The notes: a model not told the origin generated them from the sequence alone. Positions 47,519 through 57,279 are shown, counted from the stretch's first letter. The stretch is DNA of 64,000 nucleotides from an uncultured Candidatus Saccharibacteria bacterium (GCA_964577595.1 CAZNZK010000004.1:27294-91293), one strand, 5' to 3'. Translations and numbers: made by a program.

Positions 47519-49627
47519 CTACGCTACGATTTTGTAGTCAAGAGTTTTACTATCCAAATCGGCGCGGACGACGGCGAAGCGCACGGTGTCACCAAGGCGG
47601 TATTTTTTGCGGGTTTTTTCGCCTTCAACGGTATAGGTTTTGGGATTGAAAATGAAGTAGTCGTTGCCGAGCTCGCGGAGTGGCACCATGCCTTCACAAC
47701 GCGTTTCGGCATCTTCTATATATATGCCCCAGTCGGTGACGCCGGAAATGGTACCGGTAAACTGCTTGCCGATGCGTTCGCTCATGTATTCCACCTGCTT
47801 GTATTTAATAGAGGCGCGTTCGGCTTCGGCGGCGACAATTTCGCGCTCGCTGGCGTGGCTGGAAATTTTTTCAAGATTTTTCTGGCCTTCGGGCGAGCCG
47901 CTCAAAATGTCGGCGAGAACGCGGTGCACCACCAAATCAGTGTAGCGGCGAATAGGCGAGGTGAAGTGCGTATAAAAAGAAAAGCCGAGGCCGAAGTGAC
48001 CAATGTTTTGCGTGGAATACGCGGCCTTGGCCATGGAACGAATGGTGGCGGTTTTGATGAGTGATTCTTCCGGCACGCCGCGCACGCTCTCCAAAAGCAC
48101 GTTAATGTCGCGGGCGGTGATTTTGCCCTGCTTCACCGGCAGGTTGTAGCCCAGGGCCTGCAAAAACATGGCCAGCTCAGTGAGGCGCTCGCGCTCGGGT
48201 AAATCGTGAATGCGATAAATGGAAGCGTCGCGATTGCCGCTCATTTCGCCACCAACATGCACGTGCTTATTTTGTTTCTTGAAAATAAACTCAGCCACTT
48301 CGCGGTTGGCGAGCAACATGTATTCTTCCACCAGCTTGTGCGTATCAAGGTGCGGTTTTTTGATAATGGCGATAGGCTTGCCTTTGGCATCAAGCTTGAA
48401 TTTCACTTCGTCTTGGGCAAAATCAATGGCGCCCTTTTTATAATTCTCTGCCTGCATTTTCTTGGCAATCTGATTGAGTTTGGTAAGCTCGGCAACATAT
48501 TCATGACCGCCGGGCCCTACGCGGTTGGCATTGGCGTCGCTCGTGAACTTTAAATTTTTATCCAATACAGCCTGAGCGCTTTCATAGCTGAAGCGATGGT
48601 CGGAATTAATAACCGTGCGGCCAAACCACCGGTCATGCACATGGCCAGCGTCATCTATCACACAAATGCAAGAAAAAGCGAAGCGATCTTCGTGGGGATT
48701 CAAACTGCACAGGTCATTGGAAAGGACTTCCGGCAACATGGGGATGGTGCGGTCAACCAAATACACACTGAAACTGCGCTTCAGAGCTTCTTCGTTGAGA
48801 GCTGTGCCGGGGCGGACGTAATAGGAAACGTCGGCAATGTGCACACCAATTTCATAGCGGCCGGCATGGGGGCCATCAGTAATTTTCTTGAAAGAAATGG
48901 CGTCGTCAAAATCCTTGGCATCCACGGGGTCAATGGTAAATGTAAGCGTTTTTCTCACGTCGCGGCGCTTGGCGATTTCGGCTGGCTGGAGCGGATGCTC
49001 GCTTTGCTCAATTTTTTTCGCCTCGGCCAACACGTTTTCTGGAAAGGCTTGGTCAATGCCTCGATCAAGCAGGATGGATTGAATCTCAACCTCATGTTCA
49101 CCTTTGTTGCCAATAACTTGAACAACTTCGCCGGTAGGGAATTGTTCATTGGGGCGCCACTGCACCAACTTCACTACGACTTTTTCGGCGGCGGTTTTGA
49201 TTTCTGTTGGTTGTGGGGCGTTTGGAATTAAAAATTCAGCATACATGCGCCGGTCATCAGGCTTCACCCACGTTTTGTTGTCGTGCTTTACTAGCGTGCC
49301 CACAAACTGGGTGCGAGCGCGGCGCATTACTTGGGTCACTTGACCGGCCATTTGCACGAAATCGCCCTGTTCTACGCTCGTCCGGCGGGCTGATTTGCCC
49401 TTTTTAACGTCAAAATACTTGCCGGTAATGATAATAGCCACTTCGTCTCCATTAAAGGCTGTATTGACGAATTCGGGGTTAATAACCACCTCTTCGTCGC
49501 GTTTTTTCTTGCCGGTTTTGGGCGCGGCACCCGTTCCGGTAATAGTGACGAAGCCGAAGCCTTTGGCATTCGTTCTTATGATACCTACAGCGCTTCCTGT
49601 GCTTTCGTGAGAGGTTTTTTCGGGCAT
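47519..49627 (-). CDS. rnr: Ribonuclease R
   Basis: TIDPVDAKDFDDA, VHIADVS, YTHFTSPIRRY, S1 domain. Confidence 0.95.
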   Translation of the reverse strand: MPEKTSHESTGSAVGIIRTNAKGFGFVTITGTGAAPKTGKKKRDEEVVINPEFVNTAFNGDEVAIIITGKYFDVKKGKSARRTSVEQGDFVQMAGQVTQVMRRARTQFVGTLVKHDNKTWVKPDDRRMYAEFLIPNAPQPTEIKTAAEKVVVKLVQWRPNEQFPTGEVVQVIGNKGEHEVEIQSILLDRGIDQAFPENVLAEAKKIEQSEHPLQPAEIAKRRDVRKTLTFTIDPVDAKDFDDAISFKKITDGPHAGRYEIGVHIADVSYYVRPGTALNEEALKRSFSVYLVDRTIPMLPEVLSNDLCSLNPHEDRFAFSCICVIDDAGHVHDRWFGRTVINSDHRFSYESAQAVLDKNLKFTSDANANRVGPGGHEYVAELTKLNQIAKKMQAENYKKGAIDFAQDEVKFKLDAKGKPIAIIKKPHLDTHKLVEEYMLLANREVAEFIFKKQNKHVHVGGEMSGNRDASIYRIHDLPERERLTELAMFLQALGYNLPVKQGKITARDINVLLESVRGVPEESLIKTATIRSMAKAAYSTQNIGHFGLGFSFYTHFTSPIRRYTDLVVHRVLADILSGSPEGQKNLEKISSHASEREIVAAEAERASIKYKQVEYMSERIGKQFTGTISGVTDWGIYIEDAETRCEGMVPLRELGNDYFIFNPKTYTVEGEKTRKKYRLGDTVRFAVVRADLDSKTLDYKIVA

Positions 49628-49688
49628 AGAGCGCCTAGTATAGCAATAATATTGACCTTTTACCATAGCTCTGCTACTATATCTGCCT

Positions 49689-50033
49689 ATGTTAAAAATC
49701 CGTTTACAGCGAGTTGGCCGCGTGCACGAACCCGTTTTCCGCGTGGTTGTAACCGACTCCCGCAACAGCACGAAAAGCGGCAAGGCCTTGGAAGTCGTTG
49801 GCTCGCACGATCCTCGCCATAAAGACAAAACTGCCTTGGATGTTGACCGCATCAAGCACTGGCTCTCTGTTGGTGCTCAGCCCACTATCACCATGCGCAA
49901 CATGTTTATCTCCAAGAAAATCATGGAAGGCAAGAAAATCAACGCTTTGCCGAAAAAGACCGTCCAGAAGAAAGAGGAAGTTGCCGCTGAAAGTGCCCCC
50001 AAAGCCGCTCCTGTCGAAAATCCAGCCGCATAA
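49689..50033 (+). CDS. rpsP: 30S ribosomal protein S16
   Basis: MLKIRLQRVG..WLSVGAQPT. Confidence 0.96.
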   Translation: MLKIRLQRVGRVHEPVFRVVVTDSRNSTKSGKALEVVGSHDPRHKDKTALDVDRIKHWLSVGAQPTITMRNMFISKKIMEGKKINALPKKTVQKKEEVAAESAPKAAPVENPAA

Positions 50034-50161
50034 TCGTATATATTGACAAAAACTCCAGCCCATGATATTATATGGGCTGTTCAGCTAGAATGCTGATTAC
50101 TTTACCGGGGCGGATGCCTCGCGGAAAGTGCTCGGAGAGCGGCCTTTAAAGGGCTACTCCT

Positions 50162-50599
50162 ATGAAGACGTTCGTTTCTATTTTCGTAGTGGCGATAGTT
50201 GCTTTTCTTGGTGTGGTGCGGGCTCGGGCGGATAGTCCGCCCGATACCCTTATTGCGGCGCTGATTCAAAAAGAATCAAAAGGCAAGGACAAGGCGATTG
50301 GCGACACACAATTGCCCGATCATGCCTATGGTCCCTTGCAGATTCGTCAGCCATGCGTTGATGACGTGAACCGCGTCTGCTGCACGCACTACAAGGCCAG
50401 CGACTGTCTCGGTAATCGCACGCTGTCAATATGGATTTGTCGGGAGTACATCAATATGTACGCCACAAAAACGCACATCGGCCACGTGCCTACCACGGAA
50501 GATATGGCCCGGATATGGAATGGCGGAGGTCCACAAGGATTCAAAATCTCCCGCACGCTCCGTTACTGGGCCGACATCAAAAAGCTCCTTGGGAAGTAA
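50162..50599 (+). CDS. Secreted lysozyme-like protein (destabilase/i-type or lytic transglycosylase)
   Basis: Signal peptide; LIQKES, YGPLQI, ARIWNGGGP; own promoter at 50043 and terminator near 50606-50640. Confidence 0.75.
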   Translation: MKTFVSIFVVAIVAFLGVVRARADSPPDTLIAALIQKESKGKDKAIGDTQLPDHAYGPLQIRQPCVDDVNRVCCTHYKASDCLGNRTLSIWICREYINMYATKTHIGHVPTTEDMARIWNGGGPQGFKISRTLRYWADIKKLLGK

Positions 50600-50789
50600 T
50601 TCCCGGCGTCGCAGGCACAATGCTTGCGACGCTTTTTTTTATACCCACTCTTTCGGATGAAATCTTTCTAAAGCACTCTGCACAGGTGTAATTGACGCGC
50701 CTCGCGGCGGTCTGTTACAATTGAGCCGTAAGCGATGATATCCCGCTTCACCGCTTTGTCAGTTACTTATCCAGTTAATACCGCACACT

Positions 50790-51101
50790 ATGGAAAACGA
50801 CGCACAATTTCTTGACTACGTTATTAAAGCTTTAGTTGAAAATCCCGCCGACGTAAAAATTACTCGCACAGTAGATGAAATGGGGGTCCTGCTCACGCTT
50901 ATGGTGAACCGCGCCGATATGGGCAAAATCATCGGCCGCACCGGCAATACCGCCAAGGCCGTTCGCACGCTCTTGCGAGTAGTGGGAATGAAAAACAATG
51001 CCCGCGTTAACCTGAAAATCAATGAGCCCGAAGGCGGCCCGATGCCCCGCGAATCCGTCACTAAAACGGTAGATGAGGCGATGGAGGATATTAAGCTCTA
51101 A
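50790..51101 (+). CDS. khpA: KH-domain RNA-binding protein KhpA
   Basis: DMGKIIGRTGNTAKAVRTLL; rpsP-khpA-trmD context. Confidence 0.9.
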   Translation: MENDAQFLDYVIKALVENPADVKITRTVDEMGVLLTLMVNRADMGKIIGRTGNTAKAVRTLLRVVGMKNNARVNLKINEPEGGPMPRESVTKTVDEAMEDIKL

Positions 51102-51146
51102 ATTTGTATTTGGACAAAATTGAAATTTCATGGTATTTTATATGCC

Positions 51147-51821
51147 ATGCGGTTTCACATTATTTCACTTTTTCCGAGTGCTTTTGATTCGTATTTAGGC
51201 GAGTCAATTTTGAAGCGGGCGATTGAAGACGGCAAAATTGCCGTGCGTTTTTATAATCCCCGTGATTTTGCCGCGGGCAATAGCGGCCGGGCGGTGCGGG
51301 TTGACAAGCGGCCTTATGGTGGCGGCCCGGGCATGGTTATTGAGGCGTTGCCGGTGGTGAAGGCTGTTGAAAAAGCTCTTGCGGCAGTAAAAAAGAATAA
51401 AAAAGCCAGGGAAAAAATAAAGACGAAAATAATTTGGCTGGCGCCAGGTGCCAAGCAGTTTGATACTGAGTATGCGGGTGCAACTGCGCAAAAATATACC
51501 GATATCATCATTATCTGTGGCCGCTATGAAGGCATTGACGCGCGGGTCAAAAAAATATTCAAATGTGAGGAAATTTCCATTGGGCCTTTTGTGCTTACGG
51601 GTGGTGAATTACCAGCCATGCTCATTATTGATTGTGTTAGTCGCCAAGTTTCCGGCGTTTTGGGTGATTTCAATTCTTTGGAGGAAAGTCGTGTGGCTAG
51701 TCACGATGTATACACTCGGCCGGAAAAGCTTGTCTACAAAGGTAAAAAGTACAACGTGCCGCCGATTCTGCTTTCTGGCCATCAGGCTAAAATTGAGGAG
51801 TGGAAACAAAAGCAGGGTTAA
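51147..51821 (+). CDS. trmD: tRNA (m1G37) methyltransferase
   Basis: PYGGGPGM, ICGRYEGID, VLTGGE, YTRP, LLSGH. Confidence 0.95.
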   Translation: MRFHIISLFPSAFDSYLGESILKRAIEDGKIAVRFYNPRDFAAGNSGRAVRVDKRPYGGGPGMVIEALPVVKAVEKALAAVKKNKKAREKIKTKIIWLAPGAKQFDTEYAGATAQKYTDIIIICGRYEGIDARVKKIFKCEEISIGPFVLTGGELPAMLIIDCVSRQVSGVLGDFNSLEESRVASHDVYTRPEKLVYKGKKYNVPPILLSGHQAKIEEWKQKQG

Positions 51822-51853
51822 AGGGGTGTTCTGGCCGGGGCTCTTTGTGTGGC

Positions 51854-52088
51854 TACAGAAAAGTGTTAAAAAACTTGTCAAATTTCTTGAAAAACAAATT
51901 TTCTTCCCGTTCGAGCCTTTTAATCAGGGCTTATTTTGCACATAAAACATATGCAGAAAAACGCATATGTTTTTCTGTGATGTAATGTGGCACGGGGTGG
52001 CTTCATTTAGCCATCTCCAAAATAAAAAAGATGAAGAAAAAATGAAAATCCTATCTTTTGAGGGTTTTTCTGTAGGTACCCAAAAAGG
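51854..52088. repeat. About 235-bp dispersed intergenic repeat, copy 2
   Basis: Colinear with 42608-42843. Confidence 0.85.
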
Positions 52089-52135
52089 TTGTACTGATTC
52101 TGGTGTCAGATAAAAATTGCTATATAATAAGAGTG

Positions 52136-53053
52136 ATGTGGAATACTCGACGAATTCTGTTCATTATTTTCGCTATTATTTTCATTTTTGTGCTGATTGC
52201 CGGCACGCATGCTTTAGTGAAGCGCTATCAGGGTGTGACCTTGCCGCCGAATGCTCCGGGCACCACTTTGCCTGGCAATGGCCCTATCACTATCATTCTC
52301 GCTCCGCATTTTGACGACGCTGTTCTGCCGCTCGGCGGCCTTCTAGCCCGGCATGACAGACCGGCTCTTGTCGCCACGTTTTTCACCGGAGCACCCGCTG
52401 TGGCTACGAGCACCGATTGGGATACTCGTGCTGGCTTTACCGATAGTACTATCGCCACGAACGTTCGTATGGCTGAAAATCAAAATGCGCTAGGGAAGCT
52501 CGGCGTCGTCGGCGAAAATTACGGCTATCTTGATTTGCAATATGGTCGGCCTATTTCAAGCGATATTCTTGAGAGTACTATTGCCCAAGATATTCAGGCG
52601 CTTTTGGTCGCCAATACTGGCCGCGCGGTGAATATATATGGACCTTCCACTTTCGGTGCTCCCGCTGAAATGACTCATCCCGACCATCAAATTCTTCACG
52701 ATGCTTTTACGGACGTTGCTCAGAATTTTCCTGCCAAAAACGTGCGATTCTTTTATTATGAGGACTATCCTTATGTCACGCATTTTGCCAGCACGTCGGT
52801 AATCTCTTTGCAAAAATATCTGGAAAATAGTACCGGCTTTTCTTTAAACGAAATAGATATTCCACTTTCAGCCGGCCAGGTTGCCGCGAAAATTTCTGCG
52901 CTGAAGCAATATGGCTCGCAAATTCAAGCCTTTACTTCGGACGGTAAGGACTTGATAGGCGGCTCGAAAAAATACACCTCTACCCGCTGTGCCGGCCAGG
53001 CCTGCGAGGTTGTCTATCAAATTATTCCAGGAACTTCTGGGTTGCCGCAGTAA
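52136..53053 (+). CDS. Membrane-anchored PIG-L/LmbE family deacetylase
   Basis: N-terminal TM; APHFDD, HPDH, YEDYPY, YGSQ. Confidence 0.85.
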   Translation: MWNTRRILFIIFAIIFIFVLIAGTHALVKRYQGVTLPPNAPGTTLPGNGPITIILAPHFDDAVLPLGGLLARHDRPALVATFFTGAPAVATSTDWDTRAGFTDSTIATNVRMAENQNALGKLGVVGENYGYLDLQYGRPISSDILESTIAQDIQALLVANTGRAVNIYGPSTFGAPAEMTHPDHQILHDAFTDVAQNFPAKNVRFFYYEDYPYVTHFASTSVISLQKYLENSTGFSLNEIDIPLSAGQVAAKISALKQYGSQIQAFTSDGKDLIGGSKKYTSTRCAGQACEVVYQIIPGTSGLPQ

Positions 53054-53951
53054 TAGAACGGCGGTCCTTGGCGCTTGTGGAAGAGTACCAGTGAATTTTA
53101 GTGTCGCGTTTAAACCATTGATTTTGGCGGCGGGCATAGTGCCAAATGGCGTGTTGTAGCTCGGTTTCCATTTCTTCGCGGGAGATTTTCTTTTGTAAAA
53201 AGCGGGCGAGTGAGCGGTATTCAAGGCCGAGCATTTCCATTTTTGTGTAGGAAAGGCCGGCGGCATGGAGGCGTTTTGCTTCCGGAATCATTCCGTGCGA
53301 AAGGCGCGCGTGCAGGCGTGTGGCGATTTTTTCTTTTAAGATTTCCGACGGCAATTTCAAGCCAATGAAAAATGGTTGATAGGGAAGGTCTGTTTTCTTG
53401 GTGTCCGCCTGTTCCGGCACTTTTCCGAGTGCCTCCACAATTTCCAAGGCGCGAATAAGCCGGCGGGGATTATTGCGGTCAATTTCCGCCGCTCGGCGTG
53501 GATCCTTTTTTGCGAGCATGGCGAAAAGTTGGGCTGGCGTTTTCCGCGCTAATTTTTTGCGCAAAGCCACATTGGGCGGAACATCGGGAAAAACCGTGCC
53601 GTTTACCAATGCTTGAATATAAAAACCGGTGCCGCCGCAAATTATCGGCACTTTGCCGCGGGCGATAATGTCAACAATAGCCTTTTCTCCAAGCTGGCGG
53701 AATTTTTCGGCAGTAAATTGCTTTTTAGTGCCAACTGTTTTCGGCGAGGCAACGTCTAGTAGGTGGTGCTGTACACCCTGCATTTCGCGCTTAGTAATTT
53801 TCCCCGTGCCAATATTCAGGCCGCTATACACTTGCCGTGAATCGGCAGAAATAACTTCACCATTAAAACGCCGCGCTAACTCCACCGCCAGCGTGCTTTT
53901 ACCCACGGCGGTGGGGCCCAGTACCACTATCACTTTTGTTTTCTCTTTCAT
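53022..53951 (-). CDS. miaA: tRNA dimethylallyltransferase
   Basis: GPTAVGKS, ISADSRQVY, GGTGFY, YARRQ. Confidence 0.96.
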   Translation of the reverse strand: MKEKTKVIVVLGPTAVGKSTLAVELARRFNGEVISADSRQVYSGLNIGTGKITKREMQGVQHHLLDVASPKTVGTKKQFTAEKFRQLGEKAIVDIIARGKVPIICGGTGFYIQALVNGTVFPDVPPNVALRKKLARKTPAQLFAMLAKKDPRRAAEIDRNNPRRLIRALEIVEALGKVPEQADTKKTDLPYQPFFIGLKLPSEILKEKIATRLHARLSHGMIPEAKRLHAAGLSYTKMEMLGLEYRSLARFLQKKISREEMETELQHAIWHYARRQNQWFKRDTKIHWYSSTSAKDRRSITAATQKFLE

Positions 53952-53979
53952 ACAAACTTAACAGATATTTCTGAAAAGG

Positions 53980-54063
53980 TGCCGAGAGAGGGACTCGAAC
54001 CCTCATGACCTTGCGATCGATAGATTTTGAATCTATTGCGTCTACCAATTCCGCCATCTCGGC
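53980..54063 (-). tRNA. tRNA-Leu (CAA)
   Basis: ataga-ttcaaaa-tctat anticodon arm; long variable arm. Confidence 0.95.
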
Positions 54064-54138
54064 ATAGATAACCCACTCAGCATACCCGATTTTGGCCAAA
54101 AATCAAAACCAGAAAATCTCAGTTTCTTTTATGATATA

Positions 54139-55131
54139 ATGGCAGAAAACAACATGTCCCAATTTCATCAAGACGCAATTTTCTGGATAGAAGTAGATAA
54201 AATCAAGCCGAACCCGTTCCAGCCGCGGCGTGATTTTGACCAGGCGGCTTTGCAAGCCCTTTCCGATTCTATTCGCCAATATGGCGTGCTCCAAGCCCTG
54301 GTGGTGACGCGTAAGGAAGTGGTGAAGCCCGATGGTGGCCTCACTACCGAATACGAGCTCATCGCCGGTGAACGCCGCCTCCGCGCTTCTAAGCTGGCTG
54401 GCATTCGCGAAGTGCCCTGCCTCATTAAAGTTGATGAACAAGGTGGCGACAACGATCTTCTCAAGCTTGAGCTGGCGATTATTGAAAATGTTCAGCGTGA
54501 GGATTTGAATTCCGTTGACCGCGCCCGGGCTTTTCGCCGCCTGGCCGACGAGTTCGGTTTCAAACAGCATCAAATCGCCGCTAAAGTTGGCAAGAGCCGC
54601 GAATATGTCGCCAATACCATGCGCATTTTAGATTTACCGCAGGTTATTCTGGACGCGCTTTCCGCCGGCACTATTAGCGAAGGCCACTCGCGGCCCTTGC
54701 TCATGCTCGCCGATAGGCCTGCCGAGCAAGACACGCTTTTCAAGGAAATTATTGCTAAAAAATTAACTGTTCGTGACGCCGAGCGCATTGCCCGCCACAT
54801 TGCCGTGGAGCGCACAAGGAAGCGCGATCCGCTTTTTGATCAGGACATGTTGGACATGGAAAAGAAGCTGGCTGACACCCTCGGCACCCGCGTGCACATT
54901 GAGAAGCGCGAAAGTGGCGGCAAAATCATGATTGACTTTTTCTCCAAGGACGATCTGCAGACTCTTTTGAATTTAGTGAATGGTATTAAAATTCCGGCAA
55001 CACTGGCAAAAGAATTAAAAGCTGACGCCAAAGCCGAAGCGGCCGCCGGCCCTATTGACGATCGTACTCCCGCCGAAATCAAGCAGGAAGAAAACGAGGA
55101 CATTTACTCTGTTAAGAATTTTAGTTTGTAA
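54139..55131 (+). CDS. parB: ParB/Spo0J partition protein
   Basis: NPFQPR, LIAGERRLRA, ENVQREDL, HTH. Confidence 0.93.
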   Translation: MAENNMSQFHQDAIFWIEVDKIKPNPFQPRRDFDQAALQALSDSIRQYGVLQALVVTRKEVVKPDGGLTTEYELIAGERRLRASKLAGIREVPCLIKVDEQGGDNDLLKLELAIIENVQREDLNSVDRARAFRRLADEFGFKQHQIAAKVGKSREYVANTMRILDLPQVILDALSAGTISEGHSRPLLMLADRPAEQDTLFKEIIAKKLTVRDAERIARHIAVERTRKRDPLFDQDMLDMEKKLADTLGTRVHIEKRESGGKIMIDFFSKDDLQTLLNLVNGIKIPATLAKELKADAKAEAAAGPIDDRTPAEIKQEENEDIYSVKNFSL

Positions 55132-55149
55132 CTGTCATAGAAAAGCGGT

Positions 55150-55710
55150 ATGAGAAAAATCATCGTCTCAAATATGATTTCGGTGGATGGGTATTTTGCC
55201 GGGCCCAACGAGGAATTGGATTGGCATGTGGTAGATGACGACTTTAATACGTACGCCCTTGAAATGCTCGCTTCCGTAGACACGCTTATTTTTGGCCGAG
55301 TCACCTACGACATGATGGCTAGCTATTGGCAGAGCAAGGCAGGTGTGGAAGACAGTCTAGAGGTAGCGCAGGCCATGAATGCGTTGCGGAAAATTGTCTT
55401 TTCAAGAGACATGCAAAAGGCCAACTGGAATAATACGAAGGTGGTGAACGAGATTGATGCGGCGGCTATCACGGCAATGAAAAACGAGCCAGGCAAAGAC
55501 ATGGTTATTTTGGGTAGTGGCACCATTGTCCAACAGCTCACCGACCTCGGCTTAATAGACGAATACCGACTTATTGTTGCGCCCGTGGCTCTGGGCGTCG
55601 GCAAAGCGCTTTTTGGTGGCATTCAGAAGCGCCTCAAACTCACGCTTACTGGCACGAAAGTTTTAGCGTGCGGTGATGTCATTATGTATTACAAGCCCAT
55701 AACCCAATAA
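55150..55710 (+). CDS. Dihydrofolate reductase-like (RibD C-terminal) protein
   Basis: SVDGY, GRVTY, GSGTIVQ, LIDEY..P..LGVGKALF. Confidence 0.88.
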   Translation: MRKIIVSNMISVDGYFAGPNEELDWHVVDDDFNTYALEMLASVDTLIFGRVTYDMMASYWQSKAGVEDSLEVAQAMNALRKIVFSRDMQKANWNNTKVVNEIDAAAITAMKNEPGKDMVILGSGTIVQQLTDLGLIDEYRLIVAPVALGVGKALFGGIQKRLKLTLTGTKVLACGDVIMYYKPITQ

Positions 55711-55715
55711 AAATC

Positions 55716-56222
55716 GTGAAAAATCTTACGACGTGCATTTGGTTTGATACGCAGGCGGAAGAAGCGGCACATTTTTACGTTAACCTTTTTACTGAGGCTG
55801 GCCACAAGGGCACGCTCGGCCAAGTGATGCGTTACGGTAAAGCTTCTGAAGAGGTGTCGGGCAAGCCGGCCGGCTCGGTGATGACGGCAGTTTTTGAGCT
55901 GGATGGTCAGGAATTTATGGCGCTCAATGGTGGCACTCACTTTACACTTTCGGGTGCCATTTCATTTATTATTACCTGCGAAACGCAAAAAGAAATAGAT
56001 TTATTCTGGAATAAGCTTTCCGAAGGTGGTGAGGCAGGCCAGTGCGGCTGGATCAACAAAGATAAATTTGGTGTAACATGGCAAATTACTCCGAGCATTT
56101 TGCCCAAACTCCTTTCTAATAAAAATAAACAAAAGTCCGAAGCAGCCATGAAGGCGATGCTTGGTATGACAAAACTAGATATTGCCACGCTTCAAAAAGC
56201 GTTTGACGAAGCGGGGGAATAA
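55716..56222 (+). CDS. VOC/PhnB family protein
   Basis: WFDTQAEEAAHFY, ALNGG, CGW..DKFGVTWQ. Confidence 0.88.
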   Translation: MKNLTTCIWFDTQAEEAAHFYVNLFTEAGHKGTLGQVMRYGKASEEVSGKPAGSVMTAVFELDGQEFMALNGGTHFTLSGAISFIITCETQKEIDLFWNKLSEGGEAGQCGWINKDKFGVTWQITPSILPKLLSNKNKQKSEAAMKAMLGMTKLDIATLQKAFDEAGE

Positions 56223-56226
56223 AAAC

Positions 56227-56625
56227 TTATTTAAAAACTACTTCAAGTTTAATACGGTCAGGATCTTCAAAATAGATCGCGTAATATGTTGGCCCGTATT
56301 CTGGCATGGGTTTCGGGCTACTATAAAGAGGTACTATTTTTCTCGGCTTCAAAAATTCTTTAGTAAAAGTATCAACGTCTTTCTTAGGTTCTACCCGAAA
56401 AGCAAGATGATTGAGCCCCGTCGCTTTGCGATGAAACGAAAGTGATTGAAATTTTGCATCAGTCTGCATTATCCAAATAACAGTGCCGCCATTACTTGCT
56501 CCTATATGTTCAGAGCTTTCGTCAATGATTTTATATTCTAAATAAGCAAAGAGGTCCTTATAAAAAGGAAGGGAAACGGCGGCCGAAGAGACGTTGATTT
56601 GGATGTGGTAGAGAGAAGCTTTCAT
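56227..56625 (-). CDS. VOC/glyoxalase family protein
   Basis: HIQINVS, GLNHLAF, YFEDPDRIKLE. Confidence 0.88.
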   Translation of the reverse strand: MKASLYHIQINVSSAAVSLPFYKDLFAYLEYKIIDESSEHIGASNGGTVIWIMQTDAKFQSLSFHRKATGLNHLAFRVEPKKDVDTFTKEFLKPRKIVPLYSSPKPMPEYGPTYYAIYFEDPDRIKLEVVFK

Positions 56626-56688
56626 TAATTTAGTGTAACATGGCCGTTAGTATTTTACTTATTATGCTATTCTTTATAATAGATTTAA

Positions 56689-57078
56689 GAAAATTTTGAC
56701 CTATGGAATACGCTTAAAAAGCAGTTGCATGCTTCGTTTTTAGATGCAACTAACTTTCCCAAAGAAGGTGAGGTGTGGGTGGCGATACTTGGTAAGAATA
56801 TAGGGTCTGAGATAAACGGTGGTTTGCATAATTTCTCCCGGCCGGTTCTGGTTGTGAAAAAGTTTAGTAATCAAATATATTGGGCGGTTCCGCTTTCCAC
56901 TAAGCAAAAATCCTTGGATTTCTACCTTAATTTTACTGATGTTGATGGCCAGAAAGTGGCACTAATTTTAGCCCAATTACGCTTAATCAACATACGAAGA
57001 TTTCGAAGAAAAGTGTATGATATCGCGCCAGAAATCTTTAGGGATATTCGCCAACGGCTGATAGGCTATCTTACATAA
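56689..57078 (+). CDS. PemK/MazF-family toxin 2, start region disrupted (no adjacent protein antitoxin)
   Basis: ENFDLWNTLKK..KEGEVWVAILGKNIGSEING..RPVLV..PLST..LAQLRLI; in-frame TAA at 56686; first in-frame start is TTG 56725. Confidence 0.75.
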   Translation, partial: ENFDLWNTLKKQLHASFLDATNFPKEGEVWVAILGKNIGSEINGGLHNFSRPVLVVKKFSNQIYWAVPLSTKQKSLDFYLNFTDVDGQKVALILAQLRLINIRRFRRKVYDIAPEIFRDIRQRLIGYLT

Positions 57079-57191
57079 TCGAAATCCCCGCAAATGCGGG
57101 GATTTCTCGAACCACTGATTTCTCAGGGTGCTATATATCGAAACCCCCAAAGAGGTTTCTCGAACTATTGGTTACCCAACAGCACTATGTA
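57078..57191 (-). ncRNA. Candidate two-unit structured small RNA convergent with mazF-2
   Basis: Tandem units 57078-57136 and 57137-57190; GUAA and GAAA tetraloops and G-U pairs on the minus strand. Confidence 0.65.
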
Positions 57192-57197
57192 AGGAGA

Positions 57198-57225
57198 ATT
57201 ATACGCCAGCATTTTATCCCGTCAA
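57198..57225 (-). promoter_or_regulatory. sigma70 promoter pointing at the 3' end of mazF-2
   Basis: TTGACG (57225-57220)-N16-TATAAT (57203-57198) on the minus strand. Confidence 0.75.
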
Positions 57226-57279
57226 CTGATTTTACTCAACTGACGAAGCGGGGGAATAACGCGGTTTACAAAAAATTTT

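Noticed and set aside
57078-57190. Tandem units as a mini-CRISPR or a simple terminator
   Set aside because: Only two units, the variable parts are paired stems rather than spacers, there are no cas genes and no U tract on the toxin strand.
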